Assembly: GCA_046757165.1 (NCBI GenBank)
Contig: JBHHXT010000174.1
Coordinates: 1 to 10,709, forward strand
Direction: 5' to 3'
Source of the DNA: a bacterium
GTDB taxonomy: Bacteria; Zhuqueibacterota; Zhuqueibacteria; Oceanimicrobiales; Oceanimicrobiaceae
Length of the DNA: 10,709 nucleotides
The translations under genes were made by a program, and so were the position numbers. Position 1 is the first letter of the stretch; each line of letters begins with the position of its first letter. Shown piece by piece: positions 1 to 7,300 of this stretch. The notes below the pieces were generated by a model. The model worked only from the letters and a program-made list of their open reading frames with translations. It had not been told where the DNA came from and made no database searches.

Positions 1-48
1 TCAGTTTACCCACTTATTCTTTATTATGAGTGCTTTACTTTATTACTG

Positions 49-465
49 CTAACTCTCGATTAACTCGTGAAGCTGCTGGTTAAAGAATATTTCCCATCCA
101 CAGTCGAATTGCTCGAAGAGCTCCTTTTTGTCCGCAGGTAACGCGTCCCAGCCGGAATGAATGAGCTCCACTCTGGTTTGTCCTTTCGTTTCCTGTAAAG
201 TGAAGGTCACTTTTGTCTCGACCTGGATAACGTTTGTGGTCCAGCTAAAGACCAATTTCTTCATCGGGATGATTTCTTGAATCTCGCATAAAACAACGCC
301 ATCCCAATCCCCTTTCGGCTCACATTGGAAGGTAAACATTTTGCCGGCTGTTGCCTCAAAATCATTCGGCATCAGCCAGGTTCCAAGTTTATTCGGATCG
401 GTCAAATGCTTCCAGACCTTTAAAACAGGAGAACCGACCATGATTTCCTTTCTGATTGTTTTCAT
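49..465 (-). CDS. SRPBCC/AHSA1 (START-like ligand-binding) domain protein
   Basis: 138 aa with typical AHSA1-family pattern: 'KVWKHLTDPNKLGTWL', 'EIIPMKKLVFSW', 'TKVTFTL..TRVELIHSGW', 'GWEIFF..L'. Start overlaps the ArsR stop (ATGA, 462-465). Confidence 0.9.
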   Translation of the reverse strand: MKTIRKEIMVGSPVLKVWKHLTDPNKLGTWLMPNDFEATAGKMFTFQCEPKGDWDGVVLCEIQEIIPMKKLVFSWTTNVIQVETKVTFTLQETKGQTRVELIHSGWDALPADKKELFEQFDCGWEIFFNQQLHELIES

Positions 466-779
466 GCCTCGCCCTCAATTTGTTCTTTCAGGGTTCTTAG
501 TTTGATGTCCCAAAACTTTTCGTACTGCTGGACCCATTTTTTTACCTCGAGCAAAGGATCGGCATTTAATCTGTAAATGCGTTCGCGACCCTTTTGGCGC
601 ATTTGAACCAGGTTGGTCTTTCGCAGCACTTGCAGGTGCTTGGAAGCCGCGGTATGACTAAAGTGAAAGCGATCCGCAATGGACTTGACCGACATTTCCT
701 TTTCTGACAGCAAGTCCAAAATATGCCGACGGCTTGGATCCGCAATTGCGGTAAAAACATCTTGCAAACGATACGTCAT
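462..779 (-). CDS. ArsR/SmtB family winged-helix transcriptional regulator (SRPBCC-associated type)
   Basis: 'VFTAIADPSRRHILDLL', HTH 'SVKSIADRF..SHTAASKHLQVL', wing 'KGRERIYRL' and C-terminal 'W..QYEKFW'. RBS GGAGGG on the minus strand at 789-794. Confidence 0.93.
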   Translation of the reverse strand: MTYRLQDVFTAIADPSRRHILDLLSEKEMSVKSIADRFHFSHTAASKHLQVLRKTNLVQMRQKGRERIYRLNADPLLEVKKWVQQYEKFWDIKLRTLKEQIEGEA

Positions 780-801
780 GTTGAATCGCCCTCCAATTCA
801 T

Positions 802-841
802 AAAACCTGTAGGTTGCACAATATACAAAACCTGTAGGTTG
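802..841. promoter_or_regulatory. Tandem palindromic operators, probable ArsR autoregulatory sites
   Basis: Identical 15-mer AAAACCTGTAGGTTG at 802-816 and 827-841. Each contains the inverted repeat AACCT-gt-AGGTT. One lies in the -35/-10 spacer and one over the predicted start site. Confidence 0.75.
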
Positions 842-849
842 AATGTCAA
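820..849 (-). promoter_or_regulatory. sigma70-type promoter of the arsR-SRPBCC operon
   Basis: Minus strand reads TTGACA (849-844), 18-bp spacer, TATATT (825-820), about 40 bp upstream of the ArsR ATG. Confidence 0.75.
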
Positions 850-871
850 GTCTTTTATTGTTGCATGGCGG

Positions 872-921
872 CCATTCGTCCATCAATATCTCCATTCGGC
901 TCTTCATTACCCCCGTCCGGT
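872..921 (+). promoter_or_regulatory. Putative LytTR-binding direct repeats
   Basis: CCATTCGTC (872-880), CCATTCGGC (892-900) and CCGTCCGGT (913-921), with 20-21 bp periodicity. They resemble the AlgR core CCGTTCGTC and lie upstream of an operon encoding a LytTR regulator. Confidence 0.6.
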
Positions 922-930
922 CGTTTCTCC

Positions 931-959
931 TTCCATAAATGTCTACCAGAAGGTATCTT
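931..959 (+). promoter_or_regulatory. Possible weak, activator-dependent sigma70 promoter for the three-gene operon
   Basis: TTCCAT (931-936), 17-bp spacer, TATCTT (954-959), 10 bp downstream of the last putative LytTR box. Confidence 0.4.
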
Positions 960-1002
960 GTCTCCAGGAGTTAACGGTATCTTAACAAAAGGAGACAAAG
1001 TC

Positions 1003-2136
1003 ATGAAGCGCCTATTTTTGATATTCTGTCTTTTGCTTTCTGGCAAGACTATGGCCGCGCCTGCCGAATATCGCGGCAAAGAGAGCGTGCAAGTGGCACG
1101 GGGGGATACAGTCTCGGGTGATCTGCTTGTGGGCAGCCGCTATCTGGATGTTTATGGGGTGGTGACCGGCGACCTGTTTGGCGCGGGCGAACGGGCTTTG
1201 ATCGAGGGCAGCATCGGTGATGACTGCATGGTAGCAGGCAGAGAAATCATTATCAGGGGCACGGTCAAGGGGATGGTATTCGGCTTTGCAGAGACGGTGA
1301 TCATCGATGGAGAGGTGGGAGATGACGTGATCGCGTTCGCAGGAAATGTGCGGGTAACGGAACGGGGCAGGATTCGAGGCAATCTCCATGTGGCAACCGG
1401 CGAGCTACGAGTCGAAGGTGGCGTCATCGAGGGGGGGCTGAAAGGTGGCTGCGGTAAGGCTTATCTAAACGGATCTTTCGGTGGGAAGGTGGATTTCGAG
1501 GCGGGACATATTGCCTTTGGCGCCAATTACACCGCTGCGGGAGGAACGAAATTGAAACTCAGTGGAGGGCTGAAGGGGAAGACAATCGAGAATCTCCCTG
1601 CCAATGCGGAAATCCATTATCAAAGAAGGAAACGTTTCTATCAGTCTGTCTTCTTCTTTTGGTCTTTTCTTTCCACGTTTGTCATCGGGATTCTATACGT
1701 ATCTTTTTTCAGGAATTTTTCCCGGGATCAATTGCGCTTTGCAAAAGAGCATGCTGCAAGCAGTGTGGGGATTGGCTTTCTAATGCTGGTGGCCACGCCA
1801 ATCGTGATCCTGATTTTGGGACTTCTGGTCCTCACCCTCCCGGTTGCGCTCATTCTGCTGGCGTTCTATTTGATCATCCTTTATTCAAGCTCGATTCTTA
1901 GTGGCCTCTTTCTCGGCAACTATCTTCTGACTTCCGCACGGAAAAATGGCACCTCGAAAACGCTGATTTGGGGGTTGCTTGTGGGATTAATCTTGCTATT
2001 TTTACTAGCCGAGGTTCCTTTTATCGGATGGCTGTTTGAACTGGCAGCTACGAGCTTTGGAATGGGTGGATTGGCCGCTTATTTATGGCATTTGTACAGG
2101 GAAAGAAGTGGCACACAACAACCGACTGCCGCTTGA
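1003..2136 (+). CDS. Membrane protein with N-terminal extracytoplasmic beta-solenoid repeats (polymer-forming cytoskeletal/bactofilin-like) and C-terminal multi-TM domain
   Basis: Start moved from 865 to ATG 1003 (RBS AAGGAG at 989-994; signal peptide MKRLFLIFCLLLSGKTMA). ~15-16-residue Gly-rich repeats (e.g. 'GVVTGDLFGAG', 'GSIGDDCMVAG', 'GEVGDDVIAFAG', 'GRIRGNLHVATG') followed by about 5-6 hydrophobic segments including 'VPFIGWL'. 377 aa. Confidence 0.8.
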   Translation: MKRLFLIFCLLLSGKTMAAPAEYRGKESVQVARGDTVSGDLLVGSRYLDVYGVVTGDLFGAGERALIEGSIGDDCMVAGREIIIRGTVKGMVFGFAETVIIDGEVGDDVIAFAGNVRVTERGRIRGNLHVATGELRVEGGVIEGGLKGGCGKAYLNGSFGGKVDFEAGHIAFGANYTAAGGTKLKLSGGLKGKTIENLPANAEIHYQRRKRFYQSVFFFWSFLSTFVIGILYVSFFRNFSRDQLRFAKEHAASSVGIGFLMLVATPIVILILGLLVLTLPVALILLAFYLIILYSSSILSGLFLGNYLLTSARKNGTSKTLIWGLLVGLILLFLLAEVPFIGWLFELAATSFGMGGLAAYLWHLYRERSGTQQPTAA

Positions 2137-3242
2137 GAAGCATTCGTAAGAACGCCACAGTCATAGGCGCCGTCCTGCTCGTCGGCGCCTTTCTGACTGT
2201 TCTGATTCTGGCGAAAATCGCTTCGTTTCAGGAGGCCGCCTTGATCGGCTATGGTTACGCCATCATGGGCGGCCTCTCCCTTTTTCTGGTGCATCGCTTC
2301 ATCGGCGGCAAACTCACCATCTTTACTGCCGGCCAGCAGTGGGTGCTAAAGGCCCTGTTGTATACCGTCTCGCTCTCGTTTGCCTATCTCATCGGGCTTT
2401 TGTTTCAAACCATGCTGCGGTACCCTTTGGCGTCGATAAAAAACATCGTCGGGGACACCTTCTGGAGCGCTTTTGTCTATTTTGTTTCTTCGCCATTCGA
2501 AGAGAAGGCGATGTCCGATGTGCTCAGCCCGGAATTCCGCGGATTTTTCATCACCTTTCTTGCGTTGATTTTCTTGATCGGGCTGATGAGTCTGGTAGGC
2601 AGTTGGGTAGAAATTCGCTGGCGGGCGACCCGCCACAGCCAGGCGCTGCAAAAAGCGGAATTGACCGCCTTGCGGTCTCAGCTCGAACCCCATTTCTTGT
2701 TCAATTCTCTGAATACCATCACTGCGTTGATCAGAAGCGACCCACAGAAGGCGGAACAGTTACTCGTCCAACTAAGCCAGCTCTTGCGCTATGTGTTCCA
2801 ACATTCTGCGCAAGAGAGAGTCGAATTGCAGTCTGAAATTGAATTTACCCGGCAGTATCTCAATTTGCTCGAGGCTCGTTTTGGAGAAACGTTCTGCGTG
2901 ACGTGGAGATGGCATCTTCCGGACGAATCGCAGGTCGTTCCGGTATTTCTATTTCAGCCCATTGTTGAGAATGCCATTCGCCACGGCTGGCAGGACGAGT
3001 CCAAACCTCTGAAATTACAAATCGCTCTTGAAGAGTCGAATGGCTATTTGCGAGTCGAAATTTCGGATAATGGTCAGGGCATCCGTCCTGAGGTGCTGGA
3101 GCGGCTTCCCAGGCCGGGTCATGCCCTGGCAAACATTGCCGAGCGTCTTTCTTTGTTTTATGAAGAAAGTGGCTTGCTCCGTATCCAATCGCGCTGGCAG
3201 GAAGGCACGAAAGTCGAGATCAAGCTCCCGGTATCGAAATGA
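2133..3242 (+). CDS. LytS/YehU/AlgZ-type membrane sensor histidine kinase
   Basis: About 4 N-terminal TM segments; H-box 'ALRSQLEPHFLFNSLNTI'; N-box 'QPIVENAIRHG'; G1 'DNGQGI'; C-terminal 'GTKVEIKLP'. Start placed at the in-frame TTG 2133 overlapping the upstream TGA (TTGA); the ORF-track ATG at 2085 is an alternative. Confidence 0.92.
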   Translation: MRSIRKNATVIGAVLLVGAFLTVLILAKIASFQEAALIGYGYAIMGGLSLFLVHRFIGGKLTIFTAGQQWVLKALLYTVSLSFAYLIGLLFQTMLRYPLASIKNIVGDTFWSAFVYFVSSPFEEKAMSDVLSPEFRGFFITFLALIFLIGLMSLVGSWVEIRWRATRHSQALQKAELTALRSQLEPHFLFNSLNTITALIRSDPQKAEQLLVQLSQLLRYVFQHSAQERVELQSEIEFTRQYLNLLEARFGETFCVTWRWHLPDESQVVPVFLFQPIVENAIRHGWQDESKPLKLQIALEESNGYLRVEISDNGQGIRPEVLERLPRPGHALANIAERLSLFYEESGLLRIQSRWQEGTKVEIKLPVSK

Positions 3243-3994
3243 TCATTAGAACCTATCTCGTTGAGGATGAGGCACCCGCTCTGCAGCGTTTGGAGGATTT
3301 GTTGGCTGGAATGACGGAAGTTCGGGTGATTGGCAGCACGCCTTCGGGGAAGCAGGCCGTCATGGACATCGACACCCTGAAGCCGGACCTCCTTTTTCTG
3401 GACATCCAATTGCGTGACCTCTCCGGCATCGACGTGCTGCATTTGATTCAGCACCAACCCGCGGTCATTTTTACCACGGCTTACGACCAGTATGCCATCC
3501 AGGCGTTTGAATTGCGGGCGGTAGATTACCTGCTCAAACCCTTCTCCGGGGAACGCTTGCAGGAAGCGCTTCTTCGGGCGCGTGAAAAGCTGCTCGCTCC
3601 TATCGCCCCCGAGAAAACCATCAAACAACTCCTCACCCGGTGGCAGCCACCTGCAACCTACCTGCGCAGGGTTGCCTCAAAAGTCGGTGACAAGATTTTT
3701 ATTTTCTCCGATGAGGAGGTGGTTTATTTTGCCAGCGAGAACAAATTGATATTTGCTTATTTGGAAGATCGGAAATTTCTGATCAACTACACGCTGGCGC
3801 AGCTGCAAGCGCGTCTCGATCCGGAGAAGTTCTTTCGAATCCACCGCTCGACCATCGTCAATCTGAACTATGTCCACAAAATCGAAATCTGGTTCGGCGG
3901 CGGCTATAAACTGACCGTTCGCGACAAACAGAGGTCGGAATTGACCATCAGCCGCACCGCGGGCAAAGCGTTGCGAAACAAGTTGGGGTGGTAA
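3239..3994 (+). CDS. LytR/AlgR family response regulator (REC + LytTR DNA-binding domain)
   Basis: REC motifs 'LVEDE', 'FLDIQL', 'FTTAYDQYA', 'DYLLKP'; LytTR signature 'FFRIHRSTIVNL'. Start overlaps the kinase stop (ATGA, 3239-3242). Confidence 0.96.
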   Translation: MIIRTYLVEDEAPALQRLEDLLAGMTEVRVIGSTPSGKQAVMDIDTLKPDLLFLDIQLRDLSGIDVLHLIQHQPAVIFTTAYDQYAIQAFELRAVDYLLKPFSGERLQEALLRAREKLLAPIAPEKTIKQLLTRWQPPATYLRRVASKVGDKIFIFSDEEVVYFASENKLIFAYLEDRKFLINYTLAQLQARLDPEKFFRIHRSTIVNLNYVHKIEIWFGGGYKLTVRDKQRSELTISRTAGKALRNKLGW

Positions 3995-4028
3995 TCGCAC
4001 GGATCAAAAAGCCACACGGATTTCTTAA

Positions 4029-4190
4029 CCTGGATTCACAAGAGATTAGCAAATATTCCTTAATCGCTTGATTCTGCAATAACTTATCGGGATAAAGAGG
4101 CGTGCAACGCTTTAGCGTTGCATGAAATGCTAAAGCATTTCACTCCTTACGTGTTGGCCCTTGCTGTGAGAAATTCATGAATTATCCAGG
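4029..4190. mobile_element. Putative 162-bp MITE with CCTGGAT termini and TTAA flanks
   Basis: TTAA|CCTGGAT (4025-4035) ... ATCCAGG|TTAA (4184-4194). TTAA occurs as a direct repeat on both sides, consistent with a 4-bp target duplication. No coding capacity. Confidence 0.55.
4099..4146. repeat. Inverted doublet of REP-like palindromes
   Basis: TGCAACGCT-TT-AGCGTTGCA (4103-4122) directly abuts TGAAATGCT-AA-AGCATTTCA (4123-4142). The second is an inverted variant of the first, with GGCG/GGAG 5' feet. Confidence 0.75.
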
Positions 4191-4305
4191 TTAAATCAAA
4201 TCAGGATGTTTTTCCGTGTGGTTTTTTGATCCGCGTGGACCCGTCCGGGGCCCCGGGACTTTTGACAACAAATCGTCGATATTCTCTGAATCGCCGCTCT
4301 GAATC

Positions 4306-7300
4306 TTATTTCAAGAATAACATCCTCTGTGTCAAGCGGAAGACCTTACCCGTTTGGCTTTTCCCGGATAACGTATAGAAATAGATGCCCGAGCTCACCT
4401 GCAGGCCCTGCTGGTCCTTGCCGTCCCACACCGCCTCATACGTACCGGCAGGTTTGTCCGTTTGCACCAGCGTTCGGACGCGGCGGCCGGAGACGTCAAA
4501 AATGTTCAGGGTGATCCGTGCCGCTTCCATCAGGCCGTATTGGATGACCGTGGTCGGATTGAACGGATTCGGATAATTTTGTTTCAACGTGAAGTCGTCC
4601 GGTGTGGCGTTGATGTCGTGCACAGAGGTGGTATTTTGAACGGTCAGGGTAACCAGAATGCGCACCTCCGGTTTCGATGAGTCATCTGAGATGACAAGCA
4701 ATGAATCCGCGTAATTGCCTGGCGTCAGGCCGGCCGCATAAAACATGACCTTGACGGAATCGCTTTCGCCCGGCATGGTTTGCCCCGCCGCTGGCGAAAC
4801 CTGAACCCAGGATGGCTGATCGACGATAGACCAGTTTAGCTCGCCATCGCCTTGATTGCCGATCTCCACGGTATGCATGGCGCTGTCCCCCACTGCCAGG
4901 GTACTGAACAGGTTGTCCTGCGACACACTGATTTTCGGAAAATAGGTGGTGACCGTCAACCAGACATAGACCTTTTTGACCGGATTCTCCGGGTCTGTCG
5001 AATTCACCAGCAAAGAATCGCCATACTCGCCGCCGCTCAGACCTGTCGCGTCAATGGTGACCGTTATGTCCTCCGCTCCGCCCGGCGGGGTCGTGCCGGA
5101 ACCTGGCGCGGCATCCAGCCAGGACGCCTGCCAGGTGATGGACCAATTCAGCTCCCCCGTGCCCTGGTTGCCGATATTGAACTGGTGGGTCTGGCTTTGA
5201 CCTTCATCCAGGGTGCTGACCAGCTTGTCCTGCGACACATTGATTTTGGGAGAAGAAGTTTTGACCGTCAACCAGACGTAGACCTTTTTGACCGGATGCT
5301 CCGGGTCTGTGGAATTGACCAGCAAAGAGTCGCCATATTCGCCGCCTGCCAATCCTGTGGCATCGACCGTTACGGTGATTTCCTGCCAGCTTCCGGGCGG
5401 TGTGCTGCCGGAGGTCGGCGCAGCATCCAGCCAGGACGCCTGCCAGGTGATGGACCATTGCAACTCCCCCGTACCCTGGTTGCCGACACTGAAATGGTGT
5501 GTCTGGCTTTGCCCTTCGTCCAGGGTGCTGACCAGGTTCTCTTGCGTCAAGGTGATGACCGGACTGTCGTTTGTCACAGTCAGACTGACCGGGATGTTCA
5601 ATTCGGGCGTGTCAGTATCGTTATGGCTAATGGTCAAGGTGTCGCTGAACGTGTCCGTGCTCAAACCGGCGGAGTTGAACTGGACGCTGATGCTATCCGT
5701 CTGACCCGGGGCTGTGGTTTTGCTGGTATCCGAAAGATTGAGCCATGTTTCTTGATGGTCAATCGTCCAGGTCACGTCAGCGGTGCCAACATTTTCAATG
5801 AAAAGATAGCTGGTAACCGTTACATCAAGCGCAAGGGTGGCTGCCAGGCTCTCAGGGGAAACCGAAATTTGCGCCCCTGCTCCAATTACAGTCAGCGTGA
5901 CAGGCGGATTGATGTTCCCTTCATCGGGATCATTCGAGTTGACGATCAATGCCCCTGAATATGAGCCGGGGGTCAGATCGTTTGTGTTCGCACCGACCTC
6001 TATTTCAGTTGAGTCCCCGGGCGCCAAGGACCCAGAGCTTGGGCTTACACTCAACCAGGGACTGGTAAATGTGGTACCGACAGTGAAGGTCAAGGTTGCC
6101 TGGCCGGTGTTTTTTATCTTTAACGGCTGTGTAGATTGCAGCCCTTGCTGCACGGTGAAAGAGAGGCTGTCCGGCTGAATCTCGATGTCTGGCGAGACGA
6201 CAACGGTCATGACAACCGGCACGAGGATGTCAGCCTGGTTCGGTTCTGTTGAACTTACTGTGAGCGTGTCTGCGTAGCTACCCTCTGACAGACCGCTGGC
6301 ATCTATCGTAATGCTGACATTGTCCCCTGCGCCGGGTGCCAGAGTGTTGCCGGAGAGTGAAGCTTGTAGCCACGCAGCATTCCAGCTCAAGGTCCAGTCG
6401 ATATCCGCAGAGCCGATATTGCTGATTTCTAGCGTTTCCACGGTGTTTTCACCGGCATTGAGTGTGACGGAAAATGATTCCGGGGAAACCGCAAGCACGC
6501 CCACCCGCGGGCTTGCCATGACACAATTCGAGAATTCCGACGTGCTGTTGTCGGGCGCAGAAGCCGTGACTGTAACATATTTTCCGCTTTCGACCTGGTG
6601 GTTGAGCTGGACCGAGAAGCTGGCGTCGCCGTTCGCGTCCGTAGCGATAGCAATGGCGTCGAGATAGGTTTTGCCCTCGCCGTAGCCGGAGGGATCGCAG
6701 GTGTCGCTCTCGAAGAATTCAATTCTGAACGTGGTGTTGGGTGTGCTGTTGAGCGAACCGGAAACGAGCAGGCTGCCGCTGATGGCTGTTTCGAGAACCG
6801 GATAGTTCTGCCAGCCGTTGGGCCCGGAATCGCCGTCGCCGTCGTCATTTCCCGTCCAGCCATCAAAGCCCAGGTCGATACCAGAACCGCCATTTTTGAA
6901 GATGGAATTCGACCAGATTTTGACGCCGTTGCCGGCGTTCCCCATCAACGCCACGCCGCTCAGCGTATTGTAGGCAATGGTATTGCCTTCACCGGCATTA
7001 GCGCCACCGATGCTCATCTCTTCCCCAATGCCAAACACGATTACACCCGTGGCATGATTGCCCAGATCGGGACTACCGTCTGCATTGGTGCCGATAAAAT
7101 TGCCAAAAAAGAAATTCCGCGATGAGTTTTCGATCCAGATACCGGCGTCGTTGTTGTCACAGATGATGTTCCCATATCCGGGCTGTCCAATAAAATTACC
7201 CTCGGCGCCTTCGCGTAGTTTGACGCCAGCGAGTCCATTGCCCAGGGGATGATTGCCGGTGACATCCACCCCGATGTAATTGTTGATCACCACATTTCCG

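Larger units (their letters stand above)
4000..4233. repeat. Long-range 21-bp inverted repeat bracketing the intergenic insertion
   Basis: CGGATCAAAAAGCCACACGGA (4000-4020) vs TCCGTGTGGTTTTTTGATCCG (4213-4233): 20/21 complementary, and the mismatch is a G-U wobble in + strand RNA. Confidence 0.85.

Noticed and set aside
865..1002. 46-codon N-terminal extension of the membrane-protein ORF (start at 865)
   Set aside because: It runs through the promoter and LytTR-box region and has no RBS. ATG 1003 has AAGGAG and starts a clean signal peptide.
1012..4000. Short alternative-frame and antisense ORFs overlapping the three-gene operon
   Set aside because: They overlap well-supported genes and have no recognisable motifs.
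4243..4263. GC-rich palindrome CCGGGGCCCCGG (4245-4256) followed by a short T run, considered as an intrinsic terminator
   Set aside because: The stem is short once a loop is allowed and the T tract is only 4 nt, so it is possible but not supportable.
3995..4305. CRISPR array, attC site or tRNA interpretation of the repeat-rich intergenic region
   Set aside because: No regularly spaced direct repeats with spacers, no RYYYAAC/GTTRRRY-bounded cassette context, and no cloverleaf.
4852..5958. 368-aa plus-strand ORF with internal repeats, plus the other plus-strand ORFs within 4329-9228
   Set aside because: Antisense shadows of the large gene. The repeats simply mirror its 312-bp duplication, and no family motifs are visible.
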